A stretch of 36,513 nt of DNA from a virus (taxonomy: Duplodnaviria > Caudoviricetes), in the IMG/VR virus record IMGVR_UViG_3300002301_000007, positions 1 to 36,513 of that record. One strand, written 5' to 3'. The notes under the pieces were generated by a model, which worked only from the letters and a program-made list of their open reading frames with translations, was not told the origin of the DNA and did no database searches. Of the stretch, positions 26,496 to 35,375 are shown piece after piece. The translations under genes and the position numbers were made by a program. Each line of letters opens with the position of its first letter. The first letter of the stretch is position 1.

Positions 26496-27431
26496 TTAGG
26501 TGTAAACGATGCTATATGAATCGTCGCCATTATTCGCAGCGCATTCGGCCTCTAATTTTTCAAGGACTATATTATTTGCTGCGCCGTAATCGACCTTTGC
26601 CAAGTTTGCTTGAGGAACATTTAGCGTTATCGTGTTCCCTGCTGCTTGGGCTGCTGCAATAATAATTCCCCGGGTTGTTGCCAAAACATCACCTCGGAAA
26701 TTAAATGATGTTATAAATTGGCTTTCGGGATCCAATGTGATCTTTGGATTGCGATCGGTTATTTCAAAACCAACGATGGCGTTTGGATCTGAAAGACTTG
26801 GACGTTTGATAACTTTATTGCCATCGTCAAACTCGACATTGGCAATCACTAATCCAATATAGGCGTTATACGTCAACGTGCAAGATTTACAAACAGGCGG
26901 AACTTTTGCCGTTGTTTCATAAGTAACCGTTGCAGGCAAAGAAGTAACTGTTGGAGCAGCCCAACGACCCTGAAACGTCCACTTAATGACTAACTTTTTC
27001 CCGGCAGCAAAAACCAACTTCCCTGTACCCATGCAGCCAGTAAATTTATGCAATCTTCCATCTAAATAAACATAGATCGTGCAAGATTGATGATTTGCCG
27101 ACGTTGGCGCATAAGTAACGCTTGTATTGGACAAGATCGTTTCAGATTGTCCGGCTGCTTTGTGCAAAACTCCTAACCTTGGGGCCGTACCTGCTGCGCC
27201 GGATCCAAGAACGGGAGTTTCAAACGTAATCTCTCCCATACGATCACCCAAGACAGAAGGTAATTTGTCGAGAGTTTTCCATTGTTCATCGCGAGCAACA
27301 ACTCCAAACATTTCCTTAACCGTTACTGCCGAGGCCATGATTGCGTTGACCGTCGCAGAAGGAACGGGATCCGTATCATAAGTAACCTCGGTTATTGCAA
27401 GCAATACCGCTTTTCTAACATCCATAACCAT
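26496..27431 (-). CDS. Major tail (tube) protein
   Basis: E.TY..DP, GAAGTAP, SCTIY.Y.DG..HK.TG..G; gene position. Confidence 0.85.
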   Translation of the reverse strand: MVMDVRKAVLLAITEVTYDTDPVPSATVNAIMASAVTVKEMFGVVARDEQWKTLDKLPSVLGDRMGEITFETPVLGSGAAGTAPRLGVLHKAAGQSETILSNTSVTYAPTSANHQSCTIYVYLDGRLHKFTGCMGTGKLVFAAGKKLVIKWTFQGRWAAPTVTSLPATVTYETTAKVPPVCKSCTLTYNAYIGLVIANVEFDDGNKVIKRPSLSDPNAIVGFEITDRNPKITLDPESQFITSFNFRGDVLATTRGIIIAAAQAAGNTITLNVPQANLAKVDYGAANNIVLEKLEAECAANNGDDSYSIVYT

Positions 27432-27446
27432 TTTGAACCCCCTTTT

Positions 27447-27866
27447 TTAACTGTAAGTTAAAGCATCAAGAACTTTTAATTGAATTGTCAAAACAAAATA
27501 ACTCTTAACCTCCTCGATCTTCCAAGATTTGTACCGCAAAATTGTGCAATAAGTATTCCAACTCGCCGGATTATCGAATTTTTGAATTAAAACATCCGCG
27601 AGATTTTGCAGCCTATCTTGTTGAATAATTGCGGACTCAACATTTTTCCCATAGGCTATTTGAATTGTCCATTTCTGATCGTCATAAAGAAAAGCCTGTT
27701 GACGCTCATTTTCGGGATCTTCCTGACCTGACAATCGATTTAAAATATAAGTATGCTCATGCTCCTCGGCCCCGGCACTCTTAAAGTTATCCGTTTCTTT
27801 TGATTCTGTGAGTTGTTGGGCGTGAAGCACCGCTTCTAATCCTGCCTTAACTATTGAGTAAGACAT
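27447..27866 (-). CDS. Tail terminator/completion protein
   Basis: Size and position just before the tail tube. Confidence 0.6.
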   Translation of the reverse strand: MSYSIVKAGLEAVLHAQQLTESKETDNFKSAGAEEHEHTYILNRLSGQEDPENERQQAFLYDDQKWTIQIAYGKNVESAIIQQDRLQNLADVLIQKFDNPASWNTYCTILRYKSWKIEEVKSYFVLTIQLKVLDALTYS

Positions 27867-28402
27867 TATTGTTTACCTCGCATGATCGGATCCACTTCCG
27901 TTGTTTCTGCCGGAAGTAAAAGACATTGACAGTTATTCCCGCAAATTGTTGCCCCTGTTCTTGGCAATCCTTCGGCTTCCCATTCATCCCATGTTTGAAC
28001 TTGATTATGCCTCTCCAAGCAATCATCACAAGTATTTATCAAGACAGCAATCCAACGATAGGGCGTATTAACGCCAAGATCTGCGAATATAGCATTATCT
28101 CGAGTTCGGCTAATTGCCCCCTTGGTTGTTGATCTTATCGCGTTTCTAAAGGCTCCAAAGATCCTGCCACCATTGTTTAAATCATCCAATAGATCTGCTT
28201 CAATAACCGCAGGATCCGCACCTTGGGCCAAACGGGTTTGAATATACTCATCGATCGTTACGGCTGCCTGCGATGCCTTAGAAGTCAAAAAGATCTGCAT
28301 CGTTTCGATCTCTTTTGAATTTAGATCGTTGATAATCTGATCTTGTTGAGCCTGTGGATCTTGTGGATCCGGTACGCTTGTATTATCCGGCTGCGATGGC
28401 AT
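27866..28402 (-). CDS. Minor head morphogenesis protein (MuF/SPP1 gp7-like domain)
   Basis: YRW.....TCDDC..RH and CG.NC.C.L motifs. Confidence 0.75.
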   Translation of the reverse strand: MPSQPDNTSVPDPQDPQAQQDQIINDLNSKEIETMQIFLTSKASQAAVTIDEYIQTRLAQGADPAVIEADLLDDLNNGGRIFGAFRNAIRSTTKGAISRTRDNAIFADLGVNTPYRWIAVLINTCDDCLERHNQVQTWDEWEAEGLPRTGATICGNNCQCLLLPAETTEVDPIMRGKQ

Positions 28403-28823
28403 CGTGGATCCTCGATTTCATATAGGCAATGGCGTTATCTTCCATCTCTTGATTTACCCCAAAGAATTTAAAAAATTTTGTTCCAGTTTTTGATCGGATC
28501 CCGCTTACTTGTAAATAACTGGCAATGTCATAACGATTGTATTTGATAGAAATAACAACTGCGTTTTCGCTGACAGGCGAAGCATAAAGCGATTCTATCA
28601 GTTCGCGAGTTGCGATTAACGTCTTGTCGCCTTGTCCCAACTTCTGTTTTCTTGCGATCGTTTTTTTATCAAGATCCGGGAACGCTTCACCATCAATGGT
28701 AACTTGATTCTCAATATTCTGCTGCATGATCGGAATAAAAATCCTCTCTGCAATATTAAGAAGATCTTCGCTAAAATCGAAGTCGGGAACGTGCAAATTA
28801 TTTGTGATATTAACGTTCATCAT
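28383..28823 (-). CDS. Neck/virion morphogenesis protein (Mu gpG-like)
   Basis: DG..F..L...TI.RK....TLIAT..L..S; KFFG. Confidence 0.7.
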   Translation of the reverse strand: MMNVNITNNLHVPDFDFSEDLLNIAERIFIPIMQQNIENQVTIDGEAFPDLDKKTIARKQKLGQGDKTLIATRELIESLYASPVSENAVVISIKYNRYDIASYLQVSGIRSKTGTKFFKFFGVNQEMEDNAIAYMKSRIHDAIAAG

Positions 28824-29110
28824 TTCGCTGCATCCTCTTGGTTCTTTGTAGGATCCTTTGAAGGATCCACAACTACGCGCCGGGCATCAATTACCTTTGC
28901 CAACTTTAAACCGTCAAGATGCGCCAAAGGTTGATATTTGTCGATGATAATATTATTTACTTCCTCTGTTACTCGGCCCAATTCGTTATGCGGATTAGCG
29001 ATTAACGCTTTGATATTCAAAGTTGAAAGGATCTTATCAACCTCGTTTAATACGTCTGCGTTTATCGCATCGATGCCGTCTAAATGTTTATGCAATGCCT
29101 GACTAAGCAT
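28820..29110 (-). CDS. Hypothetical helical protein
   Basis: Overlap-coupled on both sides. Confidence 0.6.
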   Translation of the reverse strand: MLSQALHKHLDGIDAINADVLNEVDKILSTLNIKALIANPHNELGRVTEEVNNIIIDKYQPLAHLDGLKLAKVIDARRVVVDPSKDPTKNQEDAAK

Positions 29111-29813
29111 GAACTGTCGCTTTCTGCCATTTCTTTTTAAAGATCTGGCTGCGGGCCATGCTCGACTTCATATATTCAACATGACCAAGGCAATTCGGAT
29201 TGTTTACCGACGAATTAATCGCATGATAATATTTCCCAATTAAAGTATTCATCCCCGCAGCCCATTGATCGATACCCTTGGCCTGCATTTGCATCCAACT
29301 ATCAAGATCCTCGTATCCATAGCCCGGGCCATAGGATTCATCGAATCGGATCTTCTCAAAAACTTCTCTGCGATAGATCCCATAATAAATGCAATGCCCA
29401 TGATGAATGCGAACGGGATCCAATTTAGAACAATAACTCTCATGGTGTTCGTTTCTAAAAGTATTCTTGCGATTGGTAAACTTATCCGGGAAAAAACCGA
29501 TCGCCTTGCATTCGGGATGCGTATCTAAATAATTCTCAAGCATATTGATTGAATTTGGAACGGGAATAACATCCCCGTCGATCAAAAAGATATACTCTCC
29601 TTTGCTTGCATCCACTCCTTGATTTTTGCCTTTTGAGATCCCGAGATTAGTTGGATTTTTGATTGTCGCAAGATCTTGACAGCCATCGATAGAACCATTG
29701 TCAACGATAATGATCTCTGCTTTTTTTCCCATCAACTCTTGCTTTAGGATCTCAAGCGTTGCGTTTAACGTTGGCAAAGTGTTCCATGTGAGAATATTAA
29801 TTGATAGTTTCAC
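29103..29813 (-). CDS. GT2 glycosyltransferase within the virion module
   Basis: SINILTWN, IIVDNGSIDG, NLGISKGKNQG, YIFLIDGD, GYEDLD. Confidence 0.93.
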   Translation of the reverse strand: MKLSINILTWNTLPTLNATLEILKQELMGKKAEIIIVDNGSIDGCQDLATIKNPTNLGISKGKNQGVDASKGEYIFLIDGDVIPVPNSINMLENYLDTHPECKAIGFFPDKFTNRKNTFRNEHHESYCSKLDPVRIHHGHCIYYGIYRREVFEKIRFDESYGPGYGYEDLDSWMQMQAKGIDQWAAGMNTLIGKYYHAINSSVNNPNCLGHVEYMKSSMARSQIFKKKWQKATVHA

Positions 29814-30715
29814 GATCTTTGTATCCTCAATGATGTAACGGTTTGTTGGGCTTCGGTTCCCCCCTGAACTCCACCGCTTGAATCTTCATCGTAATCAAGG
29901 GCCAATGAACTAAAAGCGTTTTCATATAATTTTTGGTAATCTGCTGCAATTAATCCCCATCGATCGTCCTTTTCTTCGCGCAGATCTAAGGCGATCTGAT
30001 AAATGCAAAGATATATTAACGGGATCCTGATTTGCGAAGATTCCATTATTAAGCAATCACGTTTCCCGCGATCATAGAGCATTTGTTCAATCTTCTCGAA
30101 GCATTGATTAATCAAAGACGAAAACGACTTAACAACTCGATAGGTACTTGTACTATCTGGCGTTGTTGAGAATCCCGGTGTTACTGATAATGTTCCAGTT
30201 GATTGAACAAACCCGGTAACATCGCAGGTCTGGCCCGGGCCTGTACCGCCAAGGATCTCGAGTTGACCGCCTTTCCAATAATCATCACCCTCTTTTAAAG
30301 CCTTGGTATCAACTAACGTGGTTGACGTTGCGCTTTGGGCCGTCCCGGATTTCTGATAGTTCGTTTTCTTTAACGATGGCAATTCATTAAATAAATCTTC
30401 ATCGGTTATAGGTATCGATAGAATGCTTAACACGCAATCAACCAACTGCGTTTCGTAATAGGTGTTGCCATTATAAACATATTGCCAAACAGCCTTATAA
30501 TTTAGATCTACGCTTGGAAAAATATTTGTTCCAATAACAAACGTCATTTCGCCAGTTGTTGTATTGATCGATGCGGTTGTTTGGGCCTGAATAACCGTTT
30601 GACCATCGTTCATATAGAGCGTTATCAATGCGCTTGTTGGGATATTTGCGCAATTTTTGTCATACGTCGTTAAACGTATTGTTCCGCCAATATTTAAAAT
30701 GAATTGTTGCTTCAT
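29810..30715 (-). CDS. Head-tail adaptor-like virion protein
   Basis: Ig-like N-terminus, DDYWKG beta insert, helical C-terminus ending DYDEDSSG..R. Confidence 0.6.
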   Translation of the reverse strand: MKQQFILNIGGTIRLTTYDKNCANIPTSALITLYMNDGQTVIQAQTTASINTTTGEMTFVIGTNIFPSVDLNYKAVWQYVYNGNTYYETQLVDCVLSILSIPITDEDLFNELPSLKKTNYQKSGTAQSATSTTLVDTKALKEGDDYWKGGQLEILGGTGPGQTCDVTGFVQSTGTLSVTPGFSTTPDSTSTYRVVKSFSSLINQCFEKIEQMLYDRGKRDCLIMESSQIRIPLIYLCIYQIALDLREEKDDRWGLIAADYQKLYENAFSSLALDYDEDSSGGVQGGTEAQQTVTSLRIQRS

Positions 30716-31089
30716 GGTAATTCCTTCCCGACGACATTACCTCTATTCTCATAGCCGTCATTTAATGGCCTGCCACCTTTAAACTGCGTATGAAATATTG
30801 CTGAATGAAAATTATCTGATTGCTGCATAAATTGGCTCATTGAATCCGCGATCGCCGTCAATTTTGTCTGTCCATCTTCAAGATTTGAAATCCTGATATT
30901 ATCCTTAATCATAAAAGTCGCGATTGCAAAAAGAGTTACGCCAACTTTTAGCCAATCACCAAGCGGTATCCCGAAAATACCTGTTTGATAGTTTTGATTA
31001 TAAAATCGTTTATCTTCGCCACGATAAACTTCTTTAACTTCCCCTTTTTCGTTAACTTCTTTGACTGATATTAATTTCTTTACCACCAT
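30712..31089 (-). CDS. Single-TM membrane protein (holin-like candidate)
   Basis: One hydrophobic segment followed by a coiled coil; GGAGG RBS. Confidence 0.5.
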   Translation of the reverse strand: MVVKKLISVKEVNEKGEVKEVYRGEDKRFYNQNYQTGIFGIPLGDWLKVGVTLFAIATFMIKDNIRISNLEDGQTKLTAIADSMSQFMQQSDNFHSAIFHTQFKGGRPLNDGYENRGNVVGKELP

Positions 31090-31171
31090 TTAGCCTCCAA
31101 TTTAATTAAGGGCTGGCAACCCTGACTCTTTGTAAGCCCTGCCCTATTTTCCGGCTCATAATTCCGAATTA

Positions 31172-31495
31172 TTAGACAATGCCAGCCCCTCGATGTGCTT
31201 CTGCATGATGTTTTCTGCAAAGCCATTTAACTTCAAGAGGCTTAGAGTAATCTTCGTGATGAGCTTCGCCAACTTCTCCACAATAACAATTTTTCTTTTT
31301 TAATTTTCCAGATTGAACAGCATATTCCACTTTCCGCCAAGCCTTCATTCTTTCCTTTTTTTCGCCTTGAGTTAAATAAACCTTTTCGCTTAAAATGGTA
31401 TATTCTCGATAAAGATAACGCATTCTTGATTTAATTAAGTATTTTTCGCGATGCTTTAAATAATAATTCTTTTTATATTCTGCTCTTTTATCCAT
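31172..31495 (-). CDS. HNH-like nuclease
   Basis: CYCG..EAHHEDYSKPLEVKWLCRKHH; similar to 19082..19408. Confidence 0.8.
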   Translation of the reverse strand: MDKRAEYKKNYYLKHREKYLIKSRMRYLYREYTILSEKVYLTQGEKKERMKAWRKVEYAVQSGKLKKKNCYCGEVGEAHHEDYSKPLEVKWLCRKHHAEAHRGAGIV

Positions 31496-31496
31496 A

Positions 31497-33149
31497 TCAT
31501 AGCCCCGAATGAGTTTGATTATTAACCGCATTTGCTTTCGTTATTCGACGGAGAGCATTAATCTTGTTACTATTTTTGGGCTGTTGATTATGAGTTGCTA
31601 TCGTTATTCGACGGAGAGCATTAATCTTGTTACTATTTTTGGGCTGTTGATTATGAGTTGCTATCCTTATTTGTCGATATACCTCAAGAACTGTTGGAAC
31701 TCCAAGCGATAGCGTTAAGGTGAGAGGCGCAACAATAATCGTCTTGTTAAATGCAAGCGCGATCGCCGGATTGTTCAATAAGAAATTAATTGTTAATGCG
31801 TTTGGTGTCATTAATGCTTGCGGTGTAACACCACCAAGCAAAGACGTTAAACTTAATGGGCCAATGATTGACTTACATTCTTTCGTCGAAGTTCCTAAAG
31901 CCAAGGATGCTGTCAAGGCATTCGGAGAAACCTTTGCTTCTGTGGATGCTGTTTGAAGTGATAGTTGGGCTGACAATGGATTAGGATTTATCGCAACTGT
32001 TGGATTAACACCAACTACGCTAATTGATAAAGATAATGGCCCAACAACAACGATCTTTAATCCGGGGACGGAAACTGTAACAGGATTTAATAAAAGCGTA
32101 ATAGGCAAAGATCCGGGAACATTTATAACCATTGGAATTGCGCCCGGCAGATTTAAAGTTGCCTGTAAAGCATTGGGAGAAACATTGACGATCGTTGTCG
32201 ATGATTGCAATGATAAAGTTGCAGCCAAGGCAGATGCTATGAATTGAACCGTTTTAGTTGGCGCGATCAATGCCGAGGTTATGCTTAGAGGATTTGGGTT
32301 GATCGTTATAGATTTGATAGGTGCGATCAAAGATGATGCTAAAGACAAGGGCGCGGGCAAAATACTGATCGCCGGAACTGGCCCAACAACTGAAATAGAT
32401 AAAGATAATGGAGAAACAGGAACATTTTTAACTGATGCTTTTGAAATACTAACCGATGGCAATGCTAAATTTCCAGATAAAGGAGCAGTTATTTTTAAAA
32501 CTGAATGAGTTGTTGATGGAAGATTTAATGTTAAAGACAAAGCAGATGGAGAAATATTTAAAATTCCACCACCGCCAAAATTATCAAAAATTGACAATCC
32601 GCCTAATTCATTATCTGACCCAAAGCATAAATAAAATGTTCCTGAATATGTAGAATCGTTGGCAGATCCAAGTGATGCCCATGCCCCTGCCCCGGATTTA
32701 TAGTATCCCGTTAGAACGCCTGCGATAAAAGAAATTCCTATACTATCCGCGCTTGAAACTTCTTGATTAAAAGTTCCAAGGGTTGTAAAAACACCATTAT
32801 CTTGACGCGCTAATGTTATAACGTCTGTTCCCGCTTGTTTAGAAACATTTATGTTATACCCACTCGGTGTTGATGATGATATTTTTGATGGAATGATAAC
32901 ATCGATATAAATATCATTTGTTGTTTGTATCGTTGAAATTAAAAAATAGCATTCAATTCCCGGGCCAAAAGTAGTTTTCCAATAATTCTCACAATATCCC
33001 GATGTTCCCACTTGGGTTGTTACTTGATTGGTTACAATTTGTAAAGAATCGGCAGCAGGAGAAAATGGTTCACCCCAATTTGTTGAATTAAGAGGATTTT
33101 CATTTGCTCTATTAAAATTGTCTAATATGCCGTTAATTGGGAAACTCAT
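31497..33149 (-). CDS. Virion decoration/fibre protein: beta-sandwich N-domain plus S/T/P-rich repeats
   Basis: DNFNRA start; roughly 18-19 copies of a V.P.(A/P)L.L.L.L..P strand motif. Confidence 0.7.
   Translation of the reverse strand: MSFPINGILDNFNRANENPLNSTNWGEPFSPAADSLQIVTNQVTTQVGTSGYCENYWKTTFGPGIECYFLISTIQTTNDIYIDVIIPSKISSSTPSGYNINVSKQAGTDVITLARQDNGVFTTLGTFNQEVSSADSIGISFIAGVLTGYYKSGAGAWASLGSANDSTYSGTFYLCFGSDNELGGLSIFDNFGGGGILNISPSALSLTLNLPSTTHSVLKITAPLSGNLALPSVSISKASVKNVPVSPLSLSISVVGPVPAISILPAPLSLASSLIAPIKSITINPNPLSITSALIAPTKTVQFIASALAATLSLQSSTTIVNVSPNALQATLNLPGAIPMVINVPGSLPITLLLNPVTVSVPGLKIVVVGPLSLSISVVGVNPTVAINPNPLSAQLSLQTASTEAKVSPNALTASLALGTSTKECKSIIGPLSLTSLLGGVTPQALMTPNALTINFLLNNPAIALAFNKTIIVAPLTLTLSLGVPTVLEVYRQIRIATHNQQPKNSNKINALRRITIATHNQQPKNSNKINALRRITKANAVNNQTHSGL
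31538..31665. repeat. Perfect 63-bp tandem duplication (21 aa)
   Basis: 31538-31600 equals 31601-31663; IATHNQQPKNSNKINALRRIT. Confidence 0.95.
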
Positions 33150-33631
33150 TATTGAACCCCTTGATCTATAACGGAAACATCACCGCAACTAACTCCAACG
33201 CCATCAAGAACGATAACATCATTCGTTGCATCATAGCGTGGAGTTAGTCGGCGAGTTGCTAAAAATTGCAGTAAATTTTTAAACGTTTTTTGTCCAATAT
33301 CGGATCCAAGGACATTCTGTATTTCTGTCAAAGAATATCCTGCATTTGTTAATTGATTTTTTATTGTTTGCTTAACTGGTGATGATAGATCGGACAGGCT
33401 ATCGCTTAACAGTTTTGTAGGTAGTTGCAAATAAGAAGCAGCAATCAAACTTAAAGTATTCGATGAAGCATTTACTTTAACGATTGCTTGATTTCCAAGA
33501 ACTTCGAGATAAACATATTGTCCGCCATCTGTATTGATAATTTCATTTCTGAAATCATCAATGGCACAATATCTCGTTGGTTTTCTTGCACCTACAAGGC
33601 GTTTATAAGGACAAATAAACCATCCTACCAT
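33149..33631 (-). CDS. Hypothetical protein
   Basis: GGAGG RBS; coupled to the downstream gene. Confidence 0.65.
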   Translation of the reverse strand: MVGWFICPYKRLVGARKPTRYCAIDDFRNEIINTDGGQYVYLEVLGNQAIVKVNASSNTLSLIAASYLQLPTKLLSDSLSDLSSPVKQTIKNQLTNAGYSLTEIQNVLGSDIGQKTFKNLLQFLATRRLTPRYDATNDVIVLDGVGVSCGDVSVIDQGVQ

Positions 33632-33640
33632 AACGCCTCC

Positions 33641-34039
33641 TTATGTTAAACGGATGATTCCCGATGAAGCATATTGGATCGTGAAAGTTCCGCTTGTGAT
33701 TGTTTGAACACCGCCAAAGTCGATCATGCAGATCAACGTATTGCAAGGCGTTTGGTCATACAGTACGGCAAAATAGGCAGAAAACGTTGCCCCGGCCCAT
33801 GAAGTATTTGAAGCAGTAAAAACTGCTGTTGCTGCTTCTGTAATACCGTTGCCAGATAAGGCTGCTCCGCCTGCGCTGTACCCTGTACCGCCGATTTCGT
33901 TGGTTGTCGTGTAAGCGGTATCTGTCGCGGTAAACGCAGCAGAAGCCCCATACAAAGCAACCTTAATGGTATCGTTTACCATGTCATGCAATTTCCTCAT
34001 TAAGTTCGCTTTGAAGCGATTATAAATGCCTGATGCCAT
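33641..34039 (-). CDS. Small beta-rich virion structural protein
   Basis: DTIKVALY..TTTNE..GTGY.AGG..L..DFG...T...GTFTI. Confidence 0.75.
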   Translation of the reverse strand: MASGIYNRFKANLMRKLHDMVNDTIKVALYGASAAFTATDTAYTTTNEIGGTGYSAGGAALSGNGITEAATAVFTASNTSWAGATFSAYFAVLYDQTPCNTLICMIDFGGVQTITSGTFTIQYASSGIIRLT

Positions 34040-34061
34040 AGTATTAATCTCCTCTCGGGTA

Positions 34062-34388
34062 TTACGGCTTGCCCATCGTCATTTCTGGCAAGGTTGCAAG
34101 GCAAGGAACAATGCAAGTTACATCGACCCCGCCTTTGTCATTTCTTTTGCGGATAAAAGTTAAATCGCATTCGATCGTTGTTTCACCATCGCCCGAATGG
34201 ATCTTTCCTTTTTGAATCCGGGTATAAGAATCGCCCGGGCTTTTAAGCAATGCTTTATCCTCTGCATCTTGAATTTCCGAAGGCTCTCCAACAACCATTT
34301 CGGCATTCATGGGAACAATCGATTCTTCAAACTCGCCTGTTACGCCATTTTTGATCTTAACCAACTGCATTCCTTTTGGAATTTCCAT
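34062..34388 (-). CDS. Hypothetical protein
   Basis: Operon position; GGGGT before ATG. Confidence 0.6.
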   Translation of the reverse strand: MEIPKGMQLVKIKNGVTGEFEESIVPMNAEMVVGEPSEIQDAEDKALLKSPGDSYTRIQKGKIHSGDGETTIECDLTFIRKRNDKGGVDVTCIVPCLATLPEMTMGKP

Positions 34389-34403
34389 ATTTACCCCCAA
34401 AGA

Positions 34404-34739
34404 TTAGGCCGTTACACATCGTTTGCATTTGATACAATCCGGGTGATTCGCATTGTATATTTTCAACCTTGCTTCGGCAGCCGATATAACTGGCTGATAG
34501 TAATCCTTAAAATTCTGGATAGGATTGCCATACCGATCAAGTTTTCTTTTCATTAAATGCAAACCAATTCTTTTTGCATCCACCTTATTGATATTCTTTA
34601 AAGCCTGATTCGGCTCCAAAACAAACGGTTCACCACCGGGTTTTAAAAGATAATTGCGCGGGCATTTGATCTTTCGATGCAAAAGCCCACCGCTTTTAAT
34701 TTCCCTGTAACCCTCTTGCATGGCAGTTTCTTGGCTCAT
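34404..34739 (-). CDS. Hypothetical basic protein
   Basis: ATGA coupling; C-terminal C..C..C. Confidence 0.6.
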   Translation of the reverse strand: MSQETAMQEGYREIKSGGLLHRKIKCPRNYLLKPGGEPFVLEPNQALKNINKVDAKRIGLHLMKRKLDRYGNPIQNFKDYYQPVISAAEARLKIYNANHPDCIKCKRCVTA

Positions 34740-35278
34740 TTCCTTTTCACCACTTCACTCTCTGGACGGATTGCAGCGAGAGATTCCTTACCAACGCCAA
34801 ACTGCTTTTCCATAACACCAAGCAATCGATCAACCTGTCCTTCTTTGGTTGATTTATTTTTAGAGGCCCGACGCAATCTTTCAACCTCGGCTGAATCGAT
34901 ATATTCCTTGGTCTTTTTGTATTCCTCAATCCATGCTTCGGATGGCTTGTTTAACGATAACCTGATCCCGACTTCGTTGAAACGCATAAAGGTATCTTCG
35001 GCATTCGTAGCTTCCAAGGGGCCGACTCTCTTACCAACGTTATGGCCTGAAATATGCCATAAGAAAAGACGCTTGGGAAAATTATCCTGCACTTGGATTT
35101 CATTAAGGCCATTACCTCTAACCTTGCGCAAAGAAGCCATTTCTTTGAGCAAATTGCCATCGTTTGCGCCGGATCCGTTTTGATCCTTTGCCTCTAACTC
35201 GGCAACGCGCGCCCTTAATGCTGCCAATTCCTCTGTGTTATCAACGCCAACTTCCGGGACTTCTTTTTGTTTAGCCAT
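34736..35278 (-). CDS. Hypothetical protein downstream of capsid
   Basis: AAGGA RBS. Confidence 0.65.
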   Translation of the reverse strand: MAKQKEVPEVGVDNTEELAALRARVAELEAKDQNGSGANDGNLLKEMASLRKVRGNGLNEIQVQDNFPKRLFLWHISGHNVGKRVGPLEATNAEDTFMRFNEVGIRLSLNKPSEAWIEEYKKTKEYIDSAEVERLRRASKNKSTKEGQVDRLLGVMEKQFGVGKESLAAIRPESEVVKRK

Positions 35279-35375
35279 TTGATTCCTTTCCCACCTTGTT
35301 AGGTGTGCGGGTGAGGCCTAATGCCCCACCCGCGTTTGCGTAGAACTACCACTCGATTCCTAGGCCGAGTTAAAA

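Noticed and set aside
31095-31165. Riboswitch-like element upstream of ORF 31089
   Set aside because: Only short imperfect stems (AGGGC/GCCCT) and no recognisable motif
21427-33149. Diversity-generating retroelement acting on fibre genes
   Set aside because: No reverse transcriptase and no TR/VR pair seen; the 63-bp repeat is perfect and tandem
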